64,000 nt of DNA from Ignavibacteria bacterium (GCA_947495975.1 CANMBE010000004.1:78380-142379), one strand, 5' to 3'. Numbered from the stretch's first letter, positions 30,394-40,305 are shown. The notes: generated from the letters alone by a model not told the origin. Program-made: numbers and translations.

Positions 30394-30650
30394 GTTGCCC
30401 GCCCAAATCCTTTATAGATGTCAAACTTTGCACTGTACAGTACAATGTTTAACTCAGCGTCCCGAAGCGTTCCTCCTGACGGCGACAGATAGAATGTATC
30501 TATCCGGTCTGTAGGCTGTTTGGCAAGAAGGCCCTTTTCATCAACATAAAACTGGACAACCTTATAGCCGAGGTGCTCAGTTGCATGAGCTGCCTGGGAG
30601 ATCAGATTCTCTGGAGTATAGACCATAGTGTCTACGGATGCTTCGCTCAT
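30390..30650 (-). CDS. Small hypothetical protein (86 aa) translationally coupled to the cysteine desulfurase
   Basis: The ORF ends in an ATGA overlap with the desulfurase start. No recognisable motif. Lies 135 nt divergent from secA. Confidence 0.4.
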   Translation of the reverse strand: MSEASVDTMVYTPENLISQAAHATEHLGYKVVQFYVDEKGLLAKQPTDRIDTFYLSPSGGTLRDAELNIVLYSAKFDIYKGFGRAT

Positions 30651-30785
30651 AATGACCTACTTTCTGTGGCAAGAGTTGGGGTGCCACGAAATTAACGAGT
30701 AATTTTGCAGGCTTCGACCTTATCGGTGGCACCAAACGCGGTGGACTAGCGTCAATGGCACATCGCTATCACTTAATGAATACCC

Positions 30786-33700
30786 ATGATCAAGTTCTTA
30801 AAGACGGTTCTCGGTGGCTCAAAACACGACAAAGACGTAAAGGCACTGCGCCCAATCGTTGATGAGATTAATCGCATCTGTGATACTCTCACGCCGCTCA
30901 GCGATGATGAGTTGACGGCTAAAACAACCGAGTTCAGGACAAGAATTCTCCTTGCTGTACATGATCTCGTGGAAGAGGCAGATGCGATTCGTGAGCGTCT
31001 TCGCACCGACGCTTCCATTGAACACAATGATCGATCAGACCTGTATGCGCGCATTAACGCAAATGAAAACGAACAATTTACAGCTGTACAGGCAACGCTA
31101 AACGAAATTCTGCCTGAAGCTTTCGCTGTGGTCAAAGAAGTATGCCGTCGTCTTGTTGGTCACCGTTACTCTGTTGTTGGGAATGAGACTACATGGGACA
31201 TGGTGCCGTATGACGTGCAGCTCATCGGTGCGATAGTGCTCCACCAGGGCAAGATTTCTGAAATGAGCACAGGCGAAGGGAAGACTCTTGTTTCTACGCT
31301 GCCGATGTATTTGAATGCACTTGCAGGCAGAGGTGTTCACCTTGTAACGGTGAACGACTATTTGGCAAAGCGAGACAGAGAGTGGATGCGTCCGGTGTTT
31401 GACAAACTTGGTGTGACTACCGGTTGTATTCAATCTGAAATGCGTCCTGAACAACGCCACGAGCAATACTCGTCCGACATCACGTGGGGAACAAACAACG
31501 AGTTTGGATTTGACTATCTGCGCGACAACATGGTCACCGACGCCTCAGACATGGTTCAGCGTGGTCATTGGTTTGCAATTGTGGACGAAGTTGATTCGGG
31601 CCTTATCGATGAAGCCCGCACGCCCCTTATCATCTCGGGGCCTGTCACTGCTGGTTCAACAGAGGCCGCATTCGGTGAAATGAAGCCACGAGTTCAGCGA
31701 CTTGTAGAAGCGCAGGCTCGTTATGTGAACTCTATTGTTGCAGAGGCCGAGAGGCTGCTTACGTCTTCAACAAAGGAAGACCGTGCAAAAGCTGGAGTTG
31801 CACTTCTGCGTTCTAATCGAGGAATGCCAAAGCAAAGCAAGCTTCTAAAAATGCTGCAAGATCCTGACAGTCTGAAGCTCATGCGCGAATCTGAACTTGA
31901 GTATCTCAAGGATCAGGGGCAACGAATGAATATCATCGATCAAGAATTGTATTTCACTGTCGATGAAAAGAATCACCAGATTGATCTTTCTGATAAGGGG
32001 CGAGAACTCGTAAGCACGGATCAAGAAGACGTTGAGATGTTCGTGATTCCGGATATCGCTTCTCAGATGAGTGAGCTAGAGGGCAATGCGAACATTTCCG
32101 ATGAAGAGAAAACGTTGCATCGAGATGAGCTCATGCGAGTTTTCTCAGATCGCTCAGATCGTATTCATATTGTCAACCAAATGCTTCGTGCATACACGCT
32201 CTATGTTCGAGATGATGAGTACGTAGTGCAGGACGGCAAAATCAAGATCGTTGATGAATTCACTGGACGTATTCTAGAAGGCAGGCGCTATTCTGACGGC
32301 CTTCACCAGGCAATCGAAGCTAAAGAAGGTGTATTTGTTGAGCAGGACACACAGACGTTTGCAACAGTGACCCTACAGAACTATTTCCGCCTTTACCACA
32401 AGCTTGCTGGTATGACGGGCACCGCTGAAACAGAGGCCGGTGAGTTCTGGCAGATCTATAAGCTGGACGTAGTGGTTATCCCAACAAACCGTCCAACACA
32501 GCGCAAAGACATCGATGATCTCATCTTCCGCACAAAGCGCGAAAAGTACAATGCTGTTGTAGAGGCTGTGCAAGCCGAGCTCACAAAGGGCCGCGCTGTG
32601 CTTGTTGGTACAACAAGTGTTGAAGTATCTGAACTCCTCAGCAAAATGTTAAAGCGGGCCAACGTTCAGCACAATGTTCTGAATGCGAAGCAGCATCAGC
32701 GCGAAGCAGAAATCGTTGCGAATGCCGGTAAAAAGGGCGCTGTGATGATTGCTACCAACATGGCTGGTAGAGGTACAGACATTAAGCTTGATCCGGACGT
32801 GAAGGCTGCGGGTGGTCTAGCAATTATTGGTACTGAGCGCCACGAAGCACGCCGCATTGACAGACAATTGCGCGGACGAGCTGGCCGCCAAGGCGACCCA
32901 GGATCGTCCCAATTCTTTATTTCGCTCGAAGATGACCTTATGCGTCTCTTTGGTGGCGAAAGAATTGCAGCCGTTATGCAGAGATTAAAAGTTCCTGATG
33001 GCGAGCCAATTCAGAGTCCCCTTGTGACGCGAAGTGTTGAGAATGCGCAGAAGAAAGTAGAGTCGAACAACTTTGGAATCCGTAAGCGATTGCTTGAGTA
33101 TGACAACGTAATGAACCAACAACGTGAAGTGATCTACGACCGTAGACGTCATGCCCTGATGGGTGAACGACTTCGTAGTGAGATCATTGAATATGTGCGC
33201 GAAACAACCGAGTTGTGGTATGATGAATACCTTGAATCGAAAGATGTTGTTGGTTTTATGAATGATGTGCGAGTGAACATGCTCTGCGAGCCCCATATCA
33301 CAGAGGATGAATTTCTATCGGGCAAAAAGGATGACGTGATTCAGCGCGTAGTTGATGCTGCTGAAGAATATTATGATCGAAAGGAATCATCACTTGGACC
33401 AGAGTTCATGGCATCGCTCGAGCGTGTTGCGGCGCTGCGATCCATCGATGATGAGTGGCGCGAACACTTGCGTAGCATGGATGACCTCAAAGAGGGAATC
33501 TATCTCCGGGCTTATGGCCAGAAGGATCCGATCCTTGAATACAAGAAGGAAGCATATGGGGCTTTCCTGGATCTTATCTCGCTGATCAACAAGGCAACAA
33601 TCAATTTTGCGTTCAAATATTTCCCTCAGGTATCTGAGTCCGCTCCGAAACGCAAAGCTCCTGCACCGCTACCTACTCTTGCACCAAGCATTAGTGCGTC

Positions 33701-33899
33701 TAGACAATTGCAGTTTTCGCATCAAAGTGCATCTGGTTCGCTTGGCTCCGATCCAAATTCTGTGCCGCCGTCGAATGCAGCTTCTACGATACACAATGTA
33801 GGGCGCGAGGTTGGACGAAATGAATTGTGTCCATGCGGTTCCGGCAAGAAATTCAAATCTTGCCATGGTATCAATGGAGAGACCACGTACGGCTCTTGA
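30786..33899 (+). CDS. secA: Preprotein translocase ATPase SecA
   Basis: DEAD-like motor motifs 'EMSTGEGKTLV', 'DEVDSGLIDEARTPLIISG' and C-terminal zinc-binding 'CPCGSGKKFKSCHG'. 1037 aa. Confidence 0.95.
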   Translation: MIKFLKTVLGGSKHDKDVKALRPIVDEINRICDTLTPLSDDELTAKTTEFRTRILLAVHDLVEEADAIRERLRTDASIEHNDRSDLYARINANENEQFTAVQATLNEILPEAFAVVKEVCRRLVGHRYSVVGNETTWDMVPYDVQLIGAIVLHQGKISEMSTGEGKTLVSTLPMYLNALAGRGVHLVTVNDYLAKRDREWMRPVFDKLGVTTGCIQSEMRPEQRHEQYSSDITWGTNNEFGFDYLRDNMVTDASDMVQRGHWFAIVDEVDSGLIDEARTPLIISGPVTAGSTEAAFGEMKPRVQRLVEAQARYVNSIVAEAERLLTSSTKEDRAKAGVALLRSNRGMPKQSKLLKMLQDPDSLKLMRESELEYLKDQGQRMNIIDQELYFTVDEKNHQIDLSDKGRELVSTDQEDVEMFVIPDIASQMSELEGNANISDEEKTLHRDELMRVFSDRSDRIHIVNQMLRAYTLYVRDDEYVVQDGKIKIVDEFTGRILEGRRYSDGLHQAIEAKEGVFVEQDTQTFATVTLQNYFRLYHKLAGMTGTAETEAGEFWQIYKLDVVVIPTNRPTQRKDIDDLIFRTKREKYNAVVEAVQAELTKGRAVLVGTTSVEVSELLSKMLKRANVQHNVLNAKQHQREAEIVANAGKKGAVMIATNMAGRGTDIKLDPDVKAAGGLAIIGTERHEARRIDRQLRGRAGRQGDPGSSQFFISLEDDLMRLFGGERIAAVMQRLKVPDGEPIQSPLVTRSVENAQKKVESNNFGIRKRLLEYDNVMNQQREVIYDRRRHALMGERLRSEIIEYVRETTELWYDEYLESKDVVGFMNDVRVNMLCEPHITEDEFLSGKKDDVIQRVVDAAEEYYDRKESSLGPEFMASLERVAALRSIDDEWREHLRSMDDLKEGIYLRAYGQKDPILEYKKEAYGAFLDLISLINKATINFAFKYFPQVSESAPKRKAPAPLPTLAPSISASRQLQFSHQSASGSLGSDPNSVPPSNAASTIHNVGREVGRNELCPCGSGKKFKSCHGINGETTYGS

Positions 33900-34682
33900 T
33901 CAATGACATTCGTGTACGTGGATGTTGCCTTGCAGGTCTATAGCAATGTATTGTGACGGGTTGTCAGTCCAACAACCTGAGTTCAAATAACGTACGTCAC
34001 CAACCATGATGTCGATTGATCGATGCGTGTGGCCACAGAACACCACGTTGGCTTGGTGTTTCTTCTTTCCAAACAGGGCTGCATCGTGTCCAACTTTATC
34101 ACTAAGCCTTAGCCACTTCTTACTTGTACGCTTTACCCATCGTGAGGCACGGTGCTTAGGGTCAACCTTTTGGATTCCTAGATATATCCATGAGGCAATA
34201 GCAGTAATCACTTCATGCTCAGTGATCCACTTGTCAAATTGATGGCCATGTATTGCTAAATATCGAAGTCCATGTTGCTCCCACACGTATTCTTCGTGTA
34301 CTGGAATGCCAAGCAAGTGTGTGAGTATCTCCGCAACTCCTCCATCATGATTGCCCACAACCCACACTACCTCTATTCCTTTTTTCGGGTTTGATGTTTT
34401 ACGAATGAATGACAGGAACTTCCAATCGTCGCGAGTTAATCGTTTAAAATTCAAATCGTCAAAGACATCGCCATTGAGAATCAGTCTCTTGAATGACAAC
34501 AATCGCAATAGTTCTACGAGCCTTTTTGACCGCGATACATCCGAACCCAGATGTATATCGGAAACGATGATTGTGTCTAGATCGGCAGTGTGATCAAAGT
34601 AGACGGGCTGTAGCTCCTCATCAGAGAAGCTATGCTGCTCTTCACTCTCTGTCGGACTCAAAGGGTCTAAAGGCATGGGCAT
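33900..34682 (-). CDS. Metallophosphoesterase, LpxH-like (UDP-2,3-diacylglucosamine diphosphatase-like)
   Basis: 'VSDIHLG ... GDVFDD ... VVGNHD ... GHQFD ... CGHTH' calcineurin-like metal-ligand series. Last gene of the 33900-42142 operon. Confidence 0.65.
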   Translation of the reverse strand: MPMPLDPLSPTESEEQHSFSDEELQPVYFDHTADLDTIIVSDIHLGSDVSRSKRLVELLRLLSFKRLILNGDVFDDLNFKRLTRDDWKFLSFIRKTSNPKKGIEVVWVVGNHDGGVAEILTHLLGIPVHEEYVWEQHGLRYLAIHGHQFDKWITEHEVITAIASWIYLGIQKVDPKHRASRWVKRTSKKWLRLSDKVGHDAALFGKKKHQANVVFCGHTHRSIDIMVGDVRYLNSGCWTDNPSQYIAIDLQGNIHVHECH

Positions 34683-35400
34683 GCTGCATTAAATAGTTCG
34701 TCGGAAATCGATCATCAATGCCGTAACTACGTGGCTTCTTGTCTGGAGGCAGGTGTGCAGTTCCAAAAAGCCAATCCCACACGGCAATCTTTGTTGAGAA
34801 GTTACGATTATGTGCTTCATCGTCAGTAGCATGGTGCCAGCGATGCATTTCTGGGCCATTAACTACCCACTGAAGCCAGCCGCTTCGTACGTCAATGTTA
34901 GAGTGGATGTACATCCCCCAAATTGCATCAATACAACCCTTGATGACGGCCACTTCAGGGGATGCCAATAACAAGATTGGCAAGAACTCAACGCTCTGAT
35001 TGATTAAGATCTCCAGCGAGTGGGATCTACTTCCGCTCAGCCAATCAACATGCTTGGTAGAATGATGTGCTTCATGAAGTCTCCACAAGAAGGCATTATT
35101 GTGTTGCCATCTGTGAAACCAATAGATATAGAGGTCATGCACAACAAAAAAGATTGCCACTTGCAGCCACAGTGGAAGCGCACGGATTACATGGATACGT
35201 TCAAGATGTGTTGATGCATCAATCCAGCCTGTTACGCCGTATATCACCAATCCTAGCACATAGGTCTGCACAAGACCGTACCAAAAGAAGTCGTTAAAGA
35301 ATCCCTCACGTAGGAGTCTTTGTGATTTGTCATAAGGATAGATCCGCTCTAGGAGCACAAGGGTGCACGCTCCTAGAACGGTAATGACAAATGTCAACAA
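34642..35400 (-). CDS. Fatty acid hydroxylase / sterol desaturase superfamily integral-membrane di-iron enzyme
   Basis: His boxes 'HRWQH', 'HEAHHS', 'HRWHH' with multiple TM segments. Confidence 0.8.
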   Translation of the reverse strand: MLTFVITVLGACTLVLLERIYPYDKSQRLLREGFFNDFFWYGLVQTYVLGLVIYGVTGWIDASTHLERIHVIRALPLWLQVAIFFVVHDLYIYWFHRWQHNNAFLWRLHEAHHSTKHVDWLSGSRSHSLEILINQSVEFLPILLLASPEVAVIKGCIDAIWGMYIHSNIDVRSGWLQWVVNGPEMHRWHHATDDEAHNRNFSTKIAVWDWLFGTAHLPPDKKPRSYGIDDRFPTNYLMQHAHAFRPFESDRE

Positions 35401-35420
35401 GGATAGTTGAAGCTCCGTAC

Positions 35421-36386
35421 TCAGGCCGACACCTCTTCTGAACGCACGCGACGCAACTTTGCACGTGCACCCATTTCGCTGTCATACACACGCTTAATGC
35501 CATCACCGAGCGCAGATTCTATATCGCGTATGTCTCGCACCAATCTGCCAAGGCCACCAACTTCAACACTTGCTGCTTGGTCTGTACCCCACATTGCACG
35601 ATCAAGCGTTATGTGGCGCTCAACAAACGTTGCTCCCAAAGCAACAGCGGCGTACGTTGTAGCAAGACCAACTTCGTGTCCTGAATATCCAATAGGAATG
35701 TTCGGGAACTTCTGTTGCAATGTTCTGATCATCGAAAGATTTAACTCGTTCGTTGGGCATGGATAGCTCGACGTTGCATGTGCAATCAGCAAGCGGTCTT
35801 CGTTGAGCGAAGCCACTGCTGTTTCGATCTCTTCCATCGTGGACATACCCGTGGATATCACTAGGGGCTTGCCAGTTGATTGCATTGCACGTAACAAAGC
35901 AATGTCAGTCAGCGAAGCTGATGCCGCTTTGTAGAATGGCACTTCAAAATGCGCCTCCATAAATGCCACCGCTTCTTCATCCCAGCATGAAACGGTCCAG
36001 TCAATACCATTGTCACGGCAATAACTGTCGATCTCACCATAGTCTTCGGCGGTAAACTCTACCTTATGACGATAGTCGATATACGTCATACGACCCCACG
36101 GCGTATCGCGTTCTAGCAACCATTGATCTTTTGGAACACATAGCTCAGGAGTTCTCTTCTGAAACTTCACACAGTCTGCGCCTGCTGCAGCGGCACCATC
36201 AATCATCTTCTTTGTAACGTCTAAAGATCCATTGTGATTGATTCCGATCTCAGCAATGATGTATACCGGCGAAGTTGAGCCGATAGAACGAGTTCCGATA
36301 GATACTGATGCATTCATTACGTCTTCCTCGTAAATATGTGAATCTGAATTGTTGTTCGTCTTTTCACTCATCACCAAGCAGTCCAT
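35421..36386 (-). CDS. NeuB-family sialic-acid-synthase-like PEP-condensing enzyme, apparently lacking the C-terminal SAF domain
   Basis: 'VYIIAEIGINHNGSLDVTKKMI...ADCVKFQ', 'ISTGMSTMEEIETAV', 'GYSGHE' and 'ERHITLD' match the NeuB/PseI/SpsE TIM barrel. The protein ends ~25 aa after the barrel. Confidence 0.8.
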   Translation of the reverse strand: MDCLVMSEKTNNNSDSHIYEEDVMNASVSIGTRSIGSTSPVYIIAEIGINHNGSLDVTKKMIDGAAAAGADCVKFQKRTPELCVPKDQWLLERDTPWGRMTYIDYRHKVEFTAEDYGEIDSYCRDNGIDWTVSCWDEEAVAFMEAHFEVPFYKAASASLTDIALLRAMQSTGKPLVISTGMSTMEEIETAVASLNEDRLLIAHATSSYPCPTNELNLSMIRTLQQKFPNIPIGYSGHEVGLATTYAAVALGATFVERHITLDRAMWGTDQAASVEVGGLGRLVRDIRDIESALGDGIKRVYDSEMGARAKLRRVRSEEVSA

Positions 36387-37180
36387 CCACCGTCTACGAT
36401 GAGATTCTGCCCCGTCATATACCGCGATGCGTCGCCAGCTAAAAAAAGCAGAGCCCCTTTGTAGTCTGTTGCAGAAGCCATTCGGCCAAGTGGTGTTCGT
36501 CTACTGTAGTTATCGATGAAGTGTTGGTCTTGTCCGTTCTCAACGCCACCTGGAGAGAGGCAGTTGGCGCGTACGCCCTGCTTGCCCCAATACGTTGCGA
36601 GAAATTTTGTGAGCATTACAACAGCTCCCTTGCTCGTAGGATATGCGATGCTCTTGAAGAATGTCTGCTCACCAGTTGGCGTTTGGTAAATACTCTGATC
36701 AGGAGCTACAACGCCATACGTTGATGCGATGTTGATGATCGAACCACTGCCGGCTTCTGCCATCATCGATCCTAAAACCTGACACAGAGAGAATACTCCG
36801 GTCACATTTACATCCATAACGCGACGGAAGAGATCAACAGGATAATTTTCAAATCGAGATGATTCAATGGCAGAGAAGGGGCTCTCCACCATGTCATTCA
36901 TCGCAGCGTTGTTGACGAGGATGTCAAGCCTACCCTGTTCGTCAAGAATTCGGAGTTGCAACAATTGTATCGCCTGCCTATCTGTTACATCAAGCGTCAC
37001 TCCCACATGCTCTGGTCCGAGTTGTTGTGCAAGTACTTCAACCGATGTGGCAACAAGGTCACATGCGTATACGATTGCACCCGCGCTTGCGAGAGCGTCA
37101 CAGTGCTGCCTGCCGAGAAGTCCGGTGGCACCAGTAACAACGGCAATCTTACCTTCTAACTGGTTGAGGTCAACACTCAT
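36371..37180 (-). CDS. Short-chain dehydrogenase/reductase (SDR)
   Basis: 'KIAVVTGATGLLG' cofactor-binding motif, 'NNAA' and the Y-x3-K catalytic region. Confidence 0.85.
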   Translation of the reverse strand: MSVDLNQLEGKIAVVTGATGLLGRQHCDALASAGAIVYACDLVATSVEVLAQQLGPEHVGVTLDVTDRQAIQLLQLRILDEQGRLDILVNNAAMNDMVESPFSAIESSRFENYPVDLFRRVMDVNVTGVFSLCQVLGSMMAEAGSGSIINIASTYGVVAPDQSIYQTPTGEQTFFKSIAYPTSKGAVVMLTKFLATYWGKQGVRANCLSPGGVENGQDQHFIDNYSRRTPLGRMASATDYKGALLFLAGDASRYMTGQNLIVDGGWTAW

Positions 37181-38508
37181 ACACCAACGCTCACGTTACG
37201 TGGCTTTGTATTAAAGTTGCTCGTTTTGCGGAATACAGGCTCAACCGGAGTGCCTCTAAGTTTTTCACGGAGTGAACCAGTGAAGACAGCGGCGTGCAGA
37301 AGCTGGAGCACTTCGCGGTACACTTCAAGTGTGAGCATTACATCTTCGTTTGTATGCGCATATGACATGTTGTGGAACCCACCCCATAGGATTCCCCTAG
37401 CAATCATCTCTTGCTGAACATATGACTTCATAAGCAGAGGGTCGGCAACCGATCCATCAAACGCAACTATCGTGCGTGTGCCTAGCCCCTTGCATGTTAC
37501 ATACGTAATCCCAAGGTCAGAAATGATTGTATTAAGTCCATCGCGGAGTTTATCTCCAGTCTCTTCTATGCGGCGCGGTGCATCGTGATCGCGCAGGAAC
37601 TGAATGGTAGCTTTTGCTGCTGCAAGTGAAAGTGCTTCTCCACCAAACGTTGTAAAAAAGAAAACATCATGCTCGCACAATTGCATGATGTCTGCCCTAC
37701 CCGTAAGAATAGAGAGTGGCATCCCATTGGCCACTGCTTTGGAGAAACATGCAAGATCTGCCCGTACGTTAAATCGTTCTTGTGCACCACCAAGGGCGAT
37801 GCGGAATCCTGTCCACATTTCATCAAAGATGAGCAGGATGCCACGCTCATCGCATATCTCACGGAGGGTGTGTAGGAACCCTGCCTGAGGCTCTTCAAAG
37901 ACCATTGGCTCCAAGATGATTGCGGCTGTATCATCATCAATAGCTGCAAGCACACTCTCTGGATCATTGTAGCTAAATGTGTACGTCTGATCTCTTGTTG
38001 ATTGCGGTATTCCTGCGTTGCGATCTGTTGTTCCTATATACCAGTCGTGCCACCCATGATACCCACAACACAACACAGTATTGCGCCCCGTGTATGCACG
38101 CGCAAGTCTGATTGCAGCAGTAGTTACGTCGCATCCCGTTTTTGAATACCGTACACTCTCTGCGTTTGGAACTACGGCGCGTATAATCTCGGCCACTTCT
38201 ACTTCTAGTGGATGCATCAAGGAGAACGTTATACCATCACGAAGCTGGCGCTCAATGGCTCTGTCCACAACCTCATGGCCGTAGCCAAGAATCAGAGGTC
38301 CAACGGCCATTGTATAATCGAGATAGCGGTTCCCATCAACATCCCACAGATGCGCGCCTTTTGCACGGGCAGCGTAGATTGGTGCAACACCCTGTACGTA
38401 TTGTCCGGGACCTTTTGCCAGTGTCTGTGTGAATGCAGGGATCAGGCCTTCTGCGCGTCGAAGCATGTCCTGCGATGCAACGATCGATGGGTAATGTTGA
38501 TCACGCAT
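37177..38508 (-). CDS. Class-III (GSA-aminomutase-like) PLP aminotransferase
   Basis: 'GYGH' N-terminal motif, 'DEMWTGFR' and 'FSKAVANGMP' PLP-lysine region typical of HemL-like class-III aminotransferases. Confidence 0.85.
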   Translation of the reverse strand: MRDQHYPSIVASQDMLRRAEGLIPAFTQTLAKGPGQYVQGVAPIYAARAKGAHLWDVDGNRYLDYTMAVGPLILGYGHEVVDRAIERQLRDGITFSLMHPLEVEVAEIIRAVVPNAESVRYSKTGCDVTTAAIRLARAYTGRNTVLCCGYHGWHDWYIGTTDRNAGIPQSTRDQTYTFSYNDPESVLAAIDDDTAAIILEPMVFEEPQAGFLHTLREICDERGILLIFDEMWTGFRIALGGAQERFNVRADLACFSKAVANGMPLSILTGRADIMQLCEHDVFFFTTFGGEALSLAAAKATIQFLRDHDAPRRIEETGDKLRDGLNTIISDLGITYVTCKGLGTRTIVAFDGSVADPLLMKSYVQQEMIARGILWGGFHNMSYAHTNEDVMLTLEVYREVLQLLHAAVFTGSLREKLRGTPVEPVFRKTSNFNTKPRNVSVGV

Positions 38509-39451
38509 AGGATTGCTCCAGATTGCCGCTTGTTGCCCGCTTGTTACGTGTGTTCTTTATCCGATTTGCAACGAGATCGCCTGATAGACCTTCATGTGCG
38601 AGTACTTCAGGAAGAAGTGCTGGACGGAACCACGTTGTAAATCCAATTGGTAAGACTTCGCACGATTTGCGATTGCGAACGAGACATTCACATAGAATAC
38701 TGTAGAGTCCACCGGTAAGGAAATGATCTTCAAGCGTAACAACAAGATCACTGTTACTCGCCGCATCAAGAAGCCGTGCTTCGTCTATCGGCTTTAATGT
38801 TCGAAGATTTACTACTTGTACTGAGAGACCTTCAGCCGTGAGAATCGAAGCAGCAAGAACTGCTTGGCGCAACAACACGCCATACGTGAGAATAGTAACG
38901 TCCCTACGTCCATCCAGTGGCCCTGCTACAACCTCGGCAACGCCAGGAGTAAATGACGGTGAGTGTTCCACAGCAGCAGGTGCGTTGGTATAGCGCACGT
39001 AATAGGGTTGTCCGCTGAGGATCACGTCTTTGAGGCCGATCTTAAGGTCTTCTTCATCTGCTGGACAGAACACATTGATGTTTGGAATTCCACACATTAA
39101 TCCAACATCATCTATCGCTTGATGTGTTGGGCCGTTAGCATCGCTCAAAACACCCGGGACCATGCCAACCATGATTACCGGGAGATTTGGAATGCCAACA
39201 TCATCACGAATGAACTCAAATGCACGAAGTGTGATGAAAGATGCTAGCGCATGCGTCACAACGATTCGTCCACGCGCAGCAAGACCAGCAGCCATGCCGA
39301 TCATGGTCTGCTCTGCAATTCCTACATCGAGAAATTTGTCGCCGAGTAGCGCTGGCACATTTCGCATGTGACCGCGATTCTCTGCCGTAAGTATCATGAC
39401 GCGTTCATCTGACTGAACGCAGTCGAGTAAGATCGATTCGTAAGGGATCAT
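38501..39451 (-). CDS. Transketolase, C-terminal (pyrimidine-binding + C-terminal domain) subunit of a split enzyme
   Basis: 'FLDVGIAEQTMIGMAAGLA' and 'GPTHQAIDDVGLMCGIPN' transketolase signature segments. Confidence 0.85.
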   Translation of the reverse strand: MIPYESILLDCVQSDERVMILTAENRGHMRNVPALLGDKFLDVGIAEQTMIGMAAGLAARGRIVVTHALASFITLRAFEFIRDDVGIPNLPVIMVGMVPGVLSDANGPTHQAIDDVGLMCGIPNINVFCPADEEDLKIGLKDVILSGQPYYVRYTNAPAAVEHSPSFTPGVAEVVAGPLDGRRDVTILTYGVLLRQAVLAASILTAEGLSVQVVNLRTLKPIDEARLLDAASNSDLVVTLEDHFLTGGLYSILCECLVRNRKSCEVLPIGFTTWFRPALLPEVLAHEGLSGDLVANRIKNTRNKRATSGNLEQSYA

Positions 39452-40305
39452 CGCACCACCAATGTTTCTGAAGTAAGTGTTGCTACAGTCTCGCCGTGCA
39501 ATTCACCAATGAGCGCATCAATCTCGTCATGTGTGAAATTGCAGAACCAGCGATCGGCTCGCTCAGCAATGCTCGGCACGCCATGCCCGCGCTGAGTATC
39601 GGCGATTACTACTGTTGGCATTCCGTTGCGATTCGGGATCCGCTTGAATACTTCATCCAGATCTGCAAAATCATGACCATCTGCTTTTTCTACATTCCAT
39701 CCGAATGCTTCAAACTTTATGGCAAGGGGCTCAAGAGGTATCAGTTCTTCAGTGCGCGTATTTGCCTGAAAATGGTTGCGATCAACTACAGCGATCAGAT
39801 TATCGGCGCGCAATGCGTGCGCCGTAAGGCAAGCTTCCCATACGCTGCCTTCGTTGAGTTCACCGTCGCCCAGAATCACAACAACATTACTATCTACCCC
39901 ACGCATTCTCATATCGATGGCCATTCCTAGGCCTACACTTAGTAGGTGGCCAAGAGAGCCTGAGTGAAATTCTACACCCGGGATATTCCGATTGGGGTGC
40001 CAATAGATATCGTCGTGCACTCGAAGGTGATTCTTCAATCTGTCGCCTGTGATGTACCCTAGTTCAGCAAAGACTCCATAGAGTGCGGGAACATCATGCC
40101 CCTTTGATAACAAGAGAATATCTCGATCGGGAGAATTGAGAGTATCTGGTGTGATGTGCAAGTACTGTGTGTACAGATATACAAGGAGATCAGCACATGA
40201 GAGCGATGCACCAGTGAAACAGCCACCGTCAGTGGACATGCGTAAGATGTGTTCTCGCACGCGAAGAGCAATTGCTGGAAGTTGGGCTAGAGTGTGTGAG
40301 GTCAT
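39448..40305 (-). CDS. Transketolase, N-terminal (TPP-binding) subunit of a split enzyme
   Basis: 'SKGHDVPALY' and 'ILGDGELNEGSVWEA' TPP-binding motifs. 4-nt overlap with the C-terminal subunit gene. Confidence 0.85.
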   Translation of the reverse strand: MTSHTLAQLPAIALRVREHILRMSTDGGCFTGASLSCADLLVYLYTQYLHITPDTLNSPDRDILLLSKGHDVPALYGVFAELGYITGDRLKNHLRVHDDIYWHPNRNIPGVEFHSGSLGHLLSVGLGMAIDMRMRGVDSNVVVILGDGELNEGSVWEACLTAHALRADNLIAVVDRNHFQANTRTEELIPLEPLAIKFEAFGWNVEKADGHDFADLDEVFKRIPNRNGMPTVVIADTQRGHGVPSIAERADRWFCNFTHDEIDALIGELHGETVATLTSETLVVR

